64,000 nt of DNA from the IMG/VR virus record IMGVR_UViG_3300032294_002877, positions 32,001-96,000 of that record. One strand, given 5' to 3'. A model generated the notes under the pieces. The model was not told the origin of the DNA and did no database searches. It was given only the letters and a program-made list of their open reading frames with translations. Each line of letters opens with the position of its first letter. The first letter of the stretch is position 1. The translations under genes were made by a program, and so were the position numbers. Of this stretch, positions 18,749 to 26,470 are shown in pieces. The DNA comes from a virus.

Positions 18749-18941
18749 AAAATGGTATAAACATTTAAAAGATAATAATATGACGTATTTAGAGCATATG
18801 GTTTTTGCCCTGTCTCATGGTTTATTGTGTCTACTTGGTGGTTTCTATCTTATAGTACATGGAATTTTACCTTGTTTTTTCCAATCTGCTGGCAGCGATC
18901 TGGTTAATAGACTGAGCGAAAAATTCAAGAACCGTCAGTAG
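18735..18941 (+). CDS. conserved small protein (DUF6356-like)
   Basis: HL...MTYLEHM.FA....LIVHGILP.FF pattern. Confidence 0.6.
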   Translation: MILIKKWYKHLKDNNMTYLEHMVFALSHGLLCLLGGFYLIVHGILPCFFQSAGSDLVNRLSEKFKNRQ

Positions 18942-18953
18942 AATTACCGATAC

Positions 18954-18982
18954 TTGACAAGGACACTGGCGTATGATAGAAT
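18954..18982 (+). promoter_or_regulatory. sigma70-type promoter for ligase
   Basis: TTGACA-17nt-TAGAAT; CCGAT immediately upstream of -35. Confidence 0.75.
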
Positions 18983-19007
18983 ACGCTAAACACAGGAGAC
19001 TATTTGG

Positions 19008-20321
19008 ATGACTCACGATTTTGATTATGTTGAGGGCATGGTTCGTGATCTTCGTGCTACCAGTAGCACTAAAGATAAAGAAGGAATTATTCTAGACTAT
19101 TGTGGACACAACAGTCCCGCAGCATCTTTTACTAAGAAAGTTCTTCTCTATACTTATCATCCGTTGTGGCAATATAATGTCACCAGCGACAATCTCAAGA
19201 AGAAGAATCATCTTGTAGCAAGAAAGAACGAGTACAAGAATTTCTTTGATTTACTTGATGCTCTAAAGAGTCGTAAAATTACGGGGCACGACGCTATTGC
19301 TGCTGTGAATAGTTTTATTGAACATTATTCTATTTACGAAGAACTCATTCATTGTATTATTGACAAGGATTTGAAAACCCGTGCTGGTGATAAAATCATT
19401 AATAAGGCTATTCCAGATCATATTCCAGAGTTTAGTGTTGCACTTGCGGATAAGTATGAGCCTAAACTCGTAGATTGGAAGGATGGGTGGTATGTTAGTA
19501 GAAAAATTGACGGGGCAAGATGTATTGCAGTGGTTGATAACTCAGGAGATGCAACTTTCTTTTCTAGGACTGGCAAAATGTTTGATACTCTTGGTGTTGT
19601 GGCTGGCGGCATCAAGTCTCTTGGAATATCTAATGTCGTGCTTGATGGAGAGTTGTGTTTGGTTGACGAAGATGGTAATGAAGATTTTCAGGGGATTATG
19701 AAACAATTGAAAAAGAAGGATCATACAATTCCTAATCCTTCATTTAAGATTTTTGATATGATTAGTCATGATGAGTTTTATAGCAAGAAAGGAGAGCATA
19801 ATCGACCATATTCTATTAGACTTGCAAATCTTAAAGAGTCTATGAAAAATAATGAATGTCCTTGTCTTACTGTGTTAGAGCAAGATAAGATTAGAGATGA
19901 CAATCATTTTGCCGAATGGACTAAACGAGGTAATGATTATGGTTGGGAGGGTGTTATGCTAAGAGCAGACGAACCGTATAAAGGCAAGCGTAGTAAAGAC
20001 CTACTCAAAGTTAAAAAGTTTTTTGACGATGAATATGAGGTTATTGATACCGAAATGGGGCCGTTTCGATATGTTAAGAATGGTGCTGAATCTGAGGAAA
20101 CAATGCTTAGTTGTGTAACCATCAAGCATAAAAACCATCTTGTGCGAGTCGGTAGCGGTTTCACTATTGAACAACGTCAAGAGTTTTATCAAAACCCCAA
20201 AAAGATTCTTGGTAAAGTAATTTTAGTGCAGTATTTTGAGGAAACTAAGAACCAAGACGGAGGTATCTCTTTAAGATTTCCTACATTTAAATATCTTTAT
20301 GGAGAACATAGGGATACTTAA
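19008..20321 (+). CDS. lig: ATP-dependent DNA ligase
   Basis: motif I KIDG, LDGEL, EGVML, LLKVKKF, OB-fold VGSGF, LRFP. Confidence 0.95.
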   Translation: MTHDFDYVEGMVRDLRATSSTKDKEGIILDYCGHNSPAASFTKKVLLYTYHPLWQYNVTSDNLKKKNHLVARKNEYKNFFDLLDALKSRKITGHDAIAAVNSFIEHYSIYEELIHCIIDKDLKTRAGDKIINKAIPDHIPEFSVALADKYEPKLVDWKDGWYVSRKIDGARCIAVVDNSGDATFFSRTGKMFDTLGVVAGGIKSLGISNVVLDGELCLVDEDGNEDFQGIMKQLKKKDHTIPNPSFKIFDMISHDEFYSKKGEHNRPYSIRLANLKESMKNNECPCLTVLEQDKIRDDNHFAEWTKRGNDYGWEGVMLRADEPYKGKRSKDLLKVKKFFDDEYEVIDTEMGPFRYVKNGAESEETMLSCVTIKHKNHLVRVGSGFTIEQRQEFYQNPKKILGKVILVQYFEETKNQDGGISLRFPTFKYLYGEHRDT

Positions 20322-20345
20322 TTCTTCAAAGTATTGGTTACATTT

Positions 20346-20360
20346 GGTGTATCTTTAATA
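20346..20360 (+). promoter_or_regulatory. GGTGTAT-class putative phage (late) promoter
   Basis: GGTGTATCTTTAATA just before RBS of HNH gene; motif recurs upstream of several genes. Confidence 0.55.
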
Positions 20361-20374
20361 TAAGGAGATACCGA

Positions 20375-20980
20375 ATGAAACAATATAAAATATGCGGAAA
20401 ATGCAATAAAAAACATAAAGAATGGACAAAAGGAACTCAATGTAATAATTGTAGATCCTTAATGAAACAAAAGTCTTATCAAAATAATAAACAAAAATAT
20501 CTAGACAGAGTTAAAAATTATTATCAAGAAAACAAAAAAGAAAAATTAAAATACGCTAAACAATATAGAATCAAAAATAAAGATAAATATAACGAATATT
20601 TTTCTATTAATGCTGAAAAAATCTATAAGCAAAGAGCAAAAAGAGAAAAACAAAAAAGAAATACAGATATAGGTTTTAGAATAGAGTCAAATCTACGCAA
20701 AAGATTATATAGAGCAATAACTACAAATAAAAAATATCAATCAACATTAGAATACTTGGGTTGTTCGATAGAAGAATTAAAAATACACTTAGAAAAACAA
20801 TTTAAAAAAGGAATGACTTGGAATAACTATGGAAAATGGCATATAGATCACATTAAACCTTGTGCTAGTTTTGATCTAAGTTTAGAAACTGAACAAAAAA
20901 TATGTTTTCATTATAGCAATCTACAACCTTTATGGGCTATAGAGAATATTAAAAAAAGTAATAAGATCCCTAATTTGTAA
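20375..20980 (+). CDS. HNH-type homing endonuclease-like protein
   Basis: N-terminal CxxC..CxxC, K-rich helix, WHIDHIKP...HYSNLQPLWAIENIKKSNK. Confidence 0.85.
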   Translation: MKQYKICGKCNKKHKEWTKGTQCNNCRSLMKQKSYQNNKQKYLDRVKNYYQENKKEKLKYAKQYRIKNKDKYNEYFSINAEKIYKQRAKREKQKRNTDIGFRIESNLRKRLYRAITTNKKYQSTLEYLGCSIEELKIHLEKQFKKGMTWNNYGKWHIDHIKPCASFDLSLETEQKICFHYSNLQPLWAIENIKKSNKIPNL

Positions 20981-21013
20981 AGTCTTATATGTGCAGATAA
21001 GGAGAATATTATA

Positions 21014-21322
21014 ATGATAAGAAAAGGAAAAGGAAAGAAAACCTTTAATAGAGAAAAAAGACTATTCTCAAATACTAAAAAGGGCAGAACTCCAACAGAG
21101 ACTCTGCACTTTAAGGTTATTAGTATGCGTACCAGAGATTTAAAAAACATAGTTCAAAATCCAGATACGACGGATTTACTCACCTTATCTTTTGCTAAAG
21201 AAGAATTAGATAGACGTAATTTTAATCAAAAAAATAAGATTGACACACAATCTAAAAGACACAAACTGAACAAAAAATTTCCAGAACATAAACATTTATT
21301 GCGTCGATCCGGCAAACGATGA
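21014..21322 (+). CDS. basic hypothetical protein
   Basis: ORF with AAGGAG RBS. Confidence 0.6.
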   Translation: MIRKGKGKKTFNREKRLFSNTKKGRTPTETLHFKVISMRTRDLKNIVQNPDTTDLLTLSFAKEELDRRNFNQKNKIDTQSKRHKLNKKFPEHKHLLRRSGKR

Positions 21323-21337
21323 TTCAAGAAACAGGTC

Positions 21338-21366
21338 TTGACAAGCCGATACCAGTAGTGTAGAAT
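21338..21366 (+). promoter_or_regulatory. sigma70-type promoter with CCGAT in spacer
   Basis: TTGACA-17nt-TAGAAT. Confidence 0.8.
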
Positions 21367-21376
21367 TGTAGCACAC

Positions 21377-22096
21377 TTGGAGGAAAAAATGATTATTGAG
21401 AATACCGTGTCTGTTGAGCCTAAGAATACCACAATGAATAAGAGTAAGGCGGATCAGTTTTTTGAAACCTTTCCGCGTGATAAAGTTATTACATATAAGG
21501 AGTATTGGGAAAGTGTACGACCACAGAATACCGACGATATTTTCAGGCGTTATTTGTTTGCTTACTGCTCTGTACACACTACTTTTCAAGGTAATGTTAA
21601 GGGTTATCAAGCAATCAAGGATTTTAGTCAGTGGATTGATAACAAAGAAACCCTGAGAGAAAAACTACATAAGAGCGGCGTTGGCTTGCATAATAATCGC
21701 ACAAATTATATTTGGGATTTCAAGGATAAGTTTTGGGCTAATCCTAAAGATTTTTATCTTACCACCAAAAAGTATCATATCAAGAAACGTGATTCTATTG
21801 TAAATAAAATTAGCGGTATTGGTTTAGCAAAAGTTAGTTTCGCACTTGAGATGATTCATCCTAATGAGGCACGGGTATTGTGTGGTGATGTTCATCAACT
21901 TCGACTTTACGATATGGAACATCTGAAGTATAATAAATCACGCTCTGGTACAGATACTTATAAAAAGATGGAGCGTCATTGGGTGGTCAATTGTGCTAAA
22001 AATGGAGTACCATGTTATATTGCACGATGTATTTACTGGGACGCTTTGCAAGAAAAAGAAGATAGCCGATATTGGAGTTTTGTTCTAGAGAATTGA
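21377..22096 (+). CDS. HhH-superfamily DNA glycosylase/AP lyase (8-oxoG glycosylase-like)
   Basis: HhH ISGIGLAKVSFAL with Lys, followed by DVHQLR. Confidence 0.65.
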   Translation: MEEKMIIENTVSVEPKNTTMNKSKADQFFETFPRDKVITYKEYWESVRPQNTDDIFRRYLFAYCSVHTTFQGNVKGYQAIKDFSQWIDNKETLREKLHKSGVGLHNNRTNYIWDFKDKFWANPKDFYLTTKKYHIKKRDSIVNKISGIGLAKVSFALEMIHPNEARVLCGDVHQLRLYDMEHLKYNKSRSGTDTYKKMERHWVVNCAKNGVPCYIARCIYWDALQEKEDSRYWSFVLEN

Positions 22097-22104
22097 CCAT
22101 ATTC

Positions 22105-22117
22105 GGTGTATATTAAT
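22105..22117 (+). promoter_or_regulatory. GGTGTAT-class putative phage (late) promoter
   Basis: GGTGTATATTAAT upstream of second DUF1501. Confidence 0.55.
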
Positions 22118-22145
22118 TGGTTACAATAAAATAAAGGAAGTAATC

Positions 22146-23387
22146 ATGAAACATTCACGCCGAAAATTTACTCTAGGACTAACATCATTAGGTCTTACCG
22201 CTTTTTCTTCTAATATTGCTTTTAGTGTTGAAGAAAATATTCCCAAATGCGATCACAATAACAATAGCGTTATTTACTTGTTTTTAAGTGGTGGCCCAAC
22301 ACATATAGAAACTTTTAATCCAATCCCAAACGCTACATCAGATAGAAAATCTGTTATTGGCGACAGAGCAACAAAAACTCCGGGGTTTGGTATAGGTGGA
22401 TTATGGGAAAAAATATCAACAGTTTCGGATAAATTTTGTGTTGTGAATAGTTTTCATCATAGTGATCCTAACCATGAGAGTGCTGTTCATTGGATGATGA
22501 CCGGAGAAAGAAACGTACCAAATGCTGCACAGAAGTGGCCCAGTTTTGGTAGTGTAGTAGTTGGGCAGTATGGTACGAATATTGATTCTGGTTTGCCGAC
22601 ATACGTTAAACTAAATCCAATACAGCATGACGGTGCATCATGGATGGGTAGTAAATACATGGGTTATGGTGCTTCTGGAGAAGGCGTCAAAGATTTGATG
22701 CTGAAACAAAAAGATCGTTTTGAAAACAGAGCAAATATTCTAAAAACTCTGGATCATTCTCCGGTATTTAAAAGCAACGACACTGCTAGTAAAAACTGGA
22801 TAGAATTACGAAATCAAGCCATTAATGTTCTCTTGGGAACCGCCAACGAGGCTTTTCTAGTAGACAAAGATCCAGAATACGATACTTATAAAAAGGATCA
22901 ATTAGGTAAAGACTTACTAACAGCAATACGATTAGTCGAGCGTGGAGTAAAGTTTGTTACCATAAATTATGGTGGTTGGGATATGCATCAAAATATTAAT
23001 CAGGGCTTGAACAAACTAATTCCTCCATTAGATAATTATCTATATCATTATTTTAATTCAGCACAAAGAAGGGAGATAAATAAGAGGAATATGCTAGTGA
23101 TGACCGGGGATTTTGGACGAACCCCAAAGGTTAATAAAGATGCTGGCAGGGATCATTGGCCTCATCTGGTTCCCTTATTCATCGCCAGCGACAGTTATGA
23201 AATGGGAAGGGTGATCGGTAAGTCTGATTTAAACGCGGAGCGTCCAGACGTTGATCCATATGAACCAGAAGATTTAAAGTGGACTATCTTGAATCATATG
23301 GGAGTCAATAAAAACGCTAACTGGACTAGTATTGAGCAAAGACCTATGATATTTGTGAAAGACACTGCAAAAAATATCCTAGTCTAA
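22146..23387 (+). CDS. second DUF1501 protein with Tat-like signal
   Basis: SRRKFTLG; FLSGGPTHIETF; GGWDMH; GDFGRTP; GRDHW. Confidence 0.9.
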   Translation: MKHSRRKFTLGLTSLGLTAFSSNIAFSVEENIPKCDHNNNSVIYLFLSGGPTHIETFNPIPNATSDRKSVIGDRATKTPGFGIGGLWEKISTVSDKFCVVNSFHHSDPNHESAVHWMMTGERNVPNAAQKWPSFGSVVVGQYGTNIDSGLPTYVKLNPIQHDGASWMGSKYMGYGASGEGVKDLMLKQKDRFENRANILKTLDHSPVFKSNDTASKNWIELRNQAINVLLGTANEAFLVDKDPEYDTYKKDQLGKDLLTAIRLVERGVKFVTINYGGWDMHQNINQGLNKLIPPLDNYLYHYFNSAQRREINKRNMLVMTGDFGRTPKVNKDAGRDHWPHLVPLFIASDSYEMGRVIGKSDLNAERPDVDPYEPEDLKWTILNHMGVNKNANWTSIEQRPMIFVKDTAKNILV

Positions 23388-23395
23388 AAAATAAT

Positions 23396-23512
23396 ATGAG
23401 TCAAAACGGAAAAGGTAGTAGACCAAGACCCAAAAGTGTTAGTGAAAAAACTTGGTCTAAAAATTGGGGAAAAATTTTTGGCAAAAAATTAAGTAAGTCA
23501 AACAAACATTAG
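23396..23512 (+). CDS. small basic peptide (38 aa, absent from ORF track)
   Basis: MSQNGKGSRPRPKSV...W..IF, a recurrent phage micro-ORF pattern. Confidence 0.55.
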   Translation: MSQNGKGSRPRPKSVSEKTWSKNWGKIFGKKLSKSNKH

Positions 23513-23558
23513 TGTATAATTAACTGTCAAATTTTGTCCTTTTAGAAAAGGATACACA

Positions 23559-23756
23559 ATGAAAAAATCGCTAAATAGTTATGTTGGTGATGAGTTAGCA
23601 AATAAAGTAAAGGTTTTGAGTAAAGCCTTAAATCAAGCAGAACTTATCATACTCAAACTAGAGGAACAAAATAAATTCCTCACAGATACTCTTAATAGTC
23701 TAGTATCTCACGAAAATCAAGACTGTGACCACAAAGCAGAAAGAATTTGTGCCTAG
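23559..23756 (+). CDS. coiled-coil hypothetical protein
   Basis: ORF after AGTGTATAAT motif and AAGGA RBS. Confidence 0.6.
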   Translation: MKKSLNSYVGDELANKVKVLSKALNQAELIILKLEEQNKFLTDTLNSLVSHENQDCDHKAERICA

Positions 23757-24018
23757 TCAAGATTCTAAAAAGTCCAATAAAATAACTATAACTCAGATTA
23801 AAGACAATCAATTTTTAATTGAGGGTTATTGCAATAAGATAAAAATATGTGGAGAAAATGAGTATTCTGTTTCCTCTATAGAATACGAATACGGCCCTCA
23901 TATACATATTGGTCATGATTTTATGGGTAGAGGTACAGTCACAGGAATACATATAATCGAAACCGATACTCCTGAATATATAATGGTTAAAATAATTGTA
24001 TCCTTAGATAAGGAATAA
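23725..24018 (+). CDS. hypothetical protein
   Basis: ORF. Confidence 0.55.
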   Translation: MTTKQKEFVPSQDSKKSNKITITQIKDNQFLIEGYCNKIKICGENEYSVSSIEYEYGPHIHIGHDFMGRGTVTGIHIIETDTPEYIMVKIIVSLDKE

Positions 24019-24020
24019 AG

Positions 24021-24212
24021 ATGAGTAAAAAACTAACAAAATCTGACAATAAAATTTTATTCGGTGTTTGCGGAGGTTTGTCAGAATATCTTGATATTGA
24101 CGTATCCCTAATAAGAATCTTATTTGCTTTAGGAGTTATCTTTTCTGGAAGTATTTTATTCTGGATATATTTAGTTCTTGCTATTATTTTACCAAAAAAT
24201 ATTGACCAATAA
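24021..24212 (+). CDS. PspC-domain membrane protein
   Basis: KKLTKS.DNKILFGVCGGLSEYLDID...IR...YLVLAII. Confidence 0.9.
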   Translation: MSKKLTKSDNKILFGVCGGLSEYLDIDVSLIRILFALGVIFSGSILFWIYLVLAIILPKNIDQ

Positions 24213-24236
24213 GAAAAAAAATTCAAGCGTCACCCA

Positions 24237-24264
24237 TTGACAGGACGATACTAGGTTGTAGAAT
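24237..24264 (+). promoter_or_regulatory. sigma70-type promoter with CGAT in spacer
   Basis: TTGACA-16nt-TAGAAT. Confidence 0.8.
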
Positions 24265-24270
24265 AGGAGA

Positions 24271-24309
24271 GTCTGACAGGAAATCGGTCATGTGACCGAC
24301 TTGTGAGAC
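24271..24309 (+). promoter_or_regulatory. leader hairpin/palindrome
   Basis: TCGGTCA-TG-TGACCGA (24284-24299) inside outer stem GTCTGACAGG/CTTGTGAGAC. Confidence 0.55.
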
Positions 24310-24339
24310 AAAAACTTGGTAAAGATTTGGAGGTCGATT

Positions 24340-24621
24340 ATGGCAGAGGTTAACACGGTTGAGAAGCAGACTCGCGTTCGTTGCAGTGACGAGCAGTTCC
24401 TTGAGGCGGTTTTTTCCAGCAAGACTTATGCTGAAATTGCCAGCAAGACTGGTCAGAAGGTTGCTAGTACGATGGCTCGTTATGCTCGTACAAAGGCCGC
24501 TCTGGCTAAGAAGGGCATTGAACTGCCTGCGATGGAACGTGCGAAGCCAACTAAGACGGTTGATAACGTCGAGGCTATGGCAGAGGTTGTTCGTCGCATC
24601 AAGGCCCATACGAATGGTTGA
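24340..24621 (+). CDS. small basic protein, possible HTH DNA-binding
   Basis: GGAGG RBS; KTYAEIASKTGQKVASTMARY; GC-richer codon usage. Confidence 0.65.
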   Translation: MAEVNTVEKQTRVRCSDEQFLEAVFSSKTYAEIASKTGQKVASTMARYARTKAALAKKGIELPAMERAKPTKTVDNVEAMAEVVRRIKAHTNG

Positions 24622-24632
24622 TGTTTCATAAT

Positions 24633-24704
24633 GGTCGCTGACTATTATAATGGAAAAGAGACAGCATTAATGATAAAATCTTATCCTAATAGTAGTCAGC
24701 GACT
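24633..24704 (+). ncRNA. long stem-loop immediately upstream of tRNA-Leu
   Basis: 16-bp stem 24633-24648/24689-24704 (two G.U pairs), 40-nt loop. Confidence 0.45.
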
Positions 24705-24708
24705 TTAT

Positions 24709-25000
24709 GGTCTTTTGGCGGAATAGGCAGACGCAACGGACTTTAGTTAATAAAATTGGAGTGCTTAAAGGGAAACTTTTAAAGTAGAACCTGTCAAAGT
24801 CGGTGAAACCTGTAAAATGGCAATACCGAACCAAACCTAATTATTAGGAAGGCGTAGAGACTTGACGGCAGGAGCCTGTGATATAAAATATTATGGCTAA
24901 GGTAAAGTCCAGACCACAAACCGAAAGGGTAACGAAAGTTATAGTGGTAAGAAAATCCGTTGGGAGTAATCCCGTGTGGGTTCAAGTCCCACAAAGACCA
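24709..25000 (+). tRNA. trnL: tRNA-Leu(UAA) interrupted by group I intron (exons 24709-24743 and 24952-25000)
   Basis: acceptor GGTCTTT/AAAGACC+A; D stem GCG/CGC; spliced anticodon arm ACGGA-CTTAAAA-TCCGT; variable arm GGGA-GTAA-TCCC; T arm GTGGG-TTCAAGT-CCCAC. Confidence 0.92.
24744..24951 (+). mobile_element. group I intron (IC3/trnL-like), 208 nt, no ORF
   Basis: inserted after U34; P1 ACUU-UAGUU/AAUUG-GAGU with U.G at splice site; core AAAGTCGGTGAAACC, GGCAATACCGAACC, GTAGAGACT, AAAGTCC; terminal G. Confidence 0.9.
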
Positions 25001-25034
25001 CTGTAGTTAAATAAGTAGAGAAATAAATTCTTAT

Positions 25035-25049
25035 GGTGTATTCTAATTA
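25035..25049 (+). promoter_or_regulatory. GGTGTAT-class putative phage (late) promoter
   Basis: GGTGTATTCTAATTA upstream of HNH gene. Confidence 0.55.
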
Positions 25050-25073
25050 GACTACATCATAGGAATTTAAATC

Positions 25074-25538
25074 ATGAAAAAATGTCGTAAATGTCAAAAA
25101 GAATTTCCAAATAGAGTTAAAATTAACGGGGCAATTAAGGTTATCAATAGGAGAAAATATTGTTTAGAATGTTCTCCTTTTGGAGAAAGGAATACCAGAA
25201 AACTTCACTTGCCTCAGAGAGATAAAAATACTACCAAAAATTGTCCTCAATGCGGTAAAGATTTTAAGTGGAATAAGAACAATATTTGTTGGACTTGCAG
25301 ATCATTTAATAGAAGACAACTAAATAGAGGAAAAGGTATCAAATATCTAGGATCAAAATGTAAGAAATGCAAAACTAAGGATACTGAGGTTTTAACATTT
25401 CATCATTTAGATAGAAATAATAAATACGATAATCTATCCAGCCTTTGGCATCGTGAGTGGGATATAATTAAATCAGAATTAGATAAGTGCGAATTGCTTT
25501 GTGCTAATTGTCATATGAAACTTCATAAAAGGAAATAA
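25074..25538 (+). CDS. HNH endonuclease with N-terminal zinc fingers
   Basis: multiple CxxC; LTFHHLD...KCELLCANCHMKLH. Confidence 0.88.
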   Translation: MKKCRKCQKEFPNRVKINGAIKVINRRKYCLECSPFGERNTRKLHLPQRDKNTTKNCPQCGKDFKWNKNNICWTCRSFNRRQLNRGKGIKYLGSKCKKCKTKDTEVLTFHHLDRNNKYDNLSSLWHREWDIIKSELDKCELLCANCHMKLHKRK

Positions 25539-25539
25539 A

Positions 25540-25758
25540 ATGAGCAAAAATTCTCTTGAACTTTATAAGATCGGCAGTAAGGTTAAACTCACGGATGATC
25601 TGTATGGTAATATCAGTGCAATTTGTTTGAGGGGTAATAACTATGTGACCTATGAATGTTCTTGGTGGAACGGTTCTTCTCATGATTCTAAATGGTTTTA
25701 TGAATCAGAAATAGAGGTTAGTTCTGATGCCGAGAAACATCGTATAGGATTTGCTTGA
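25540..25758 (+). CDS. small SH3-like hypothetical protein (DUF2158-like)
   Basis: YKIGSKVKL...YECSWW. Confidence 0.5.
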   Translation: MSKNSLELYKIGSKVKLTDDLYGNISAICLRGNNYVTYECSWWNGSSHDSKWFYESEIEVSSDAEKHRIGFA

Positions 25759-25760
25759 TA

Positions 25761-25997
25761 ATGAGAGCGATGTTAAAAATTGGTCCGGTGAAACAAAATG
25801 ATGTTTATGTTCCACAAAGAGGCGAAGTGGTTCAATACGATAGACTTGGAGATGGGTCTTGGTTAACACTTCATGTTGGAGATGGTAAAAATACAGTACC
25901 AAATTTACCCACAGTAGTTGACTATGATCTACATGACAGAGTTCTAAAACTAGAAACAGAAATAGCAAAACTTAAACAGATTAAAAATGAGTTGTAA
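25761..25997 (+). CDS. hypothetical protein with GE...VGDG..LP motif and C-terminal coiled coil
   Basis: PQRGEVV...LHVGDGKNTVPNLP. Confidence 0.5.
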   Translation: MRAMLKIGPVKQNDVYVPQRGEVVQYDRLGDGSWLTLHVGDGKNTVPNLPTVVDYDLHDRVLKLETEIAKLKQIKNEL

Positions 25998-26131
25998 AAA
26001 TCAGTGCGTTAAATATAAAGTTGTGGCTTGGGCCAGAATAAATGACAAAGGGGATTTATATGATCTTCGCACCCAACTCAATCCTTATGTTGATCCTAAG
26101 ACAGTAGTTCCTTTGTACAGAATAATTAAGG

Positions 26132-26470
26132 ATGAATCTGATGGCGTCAACACCAAATAGATTTTATAGAGGATGGTGTTCTAATGAAGGCAATTCACGT
26201 TCTAACATTCTTCATTATCACATATGCACTATTAGGGACTTACCTGACTATGAAGGGTCTATTATACCAGAAGAAGTGAAATCTATTGAAGAGTATTTTA
26301 ATCTGGATGAACAAAGTCTAGGGGAACCTTATTATGCTGTTTATGCTACATTTAAGTTTGATTTTCCTAGAGGTCCGATAAAAATATTTACAACAGAAGA
26401 ACTGCGGGAAGCAATATTTCTTGTGGAAAGTTTAACAGGGAATAAGGTCGTAGAAAAAGATGATCTATAA
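26132..26470 (+). CDS. hypothetical protein
   Basis: ORF. Confidence 0.65.
   Translation: MNLMASTPNRFYRGWCSNEGNSRSNILHYHICTIRDLPDYEGSIIPEEVKSIEEYFNLDEQSLGEPYYAVYATFKFDFPRGPIKIFTTEELREAIFLVESLTGNKVVEKDDL

Noticed and set aside
24223-24631. Alternative ORFs 24223-24609 (-) and 24359-24631 (+)
   Set aside because: They overlap 24340-24621, which has the GGAGG RBS and promoter; these frames stay open because of codon bias
24633-24704. Calling the stem-loop a functional tRNA
   Set aside because: No D arm, anticodon arm or TTCRA T loop can be folded; kept only as a stem-loop
24794-24994. Minus-strand 66-aa ORF as intron-encoded protein
   Set aside because: It is antisense to the intron and tRNA exon, has no nuclease motifs, and is a shadow of the structured RNA
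25761-25997. Diversity-generating retroelement suggested by the Mtd-like motif
   Set aside because: No reverse transcriptase and no template/variable repeat pair were seen in the window
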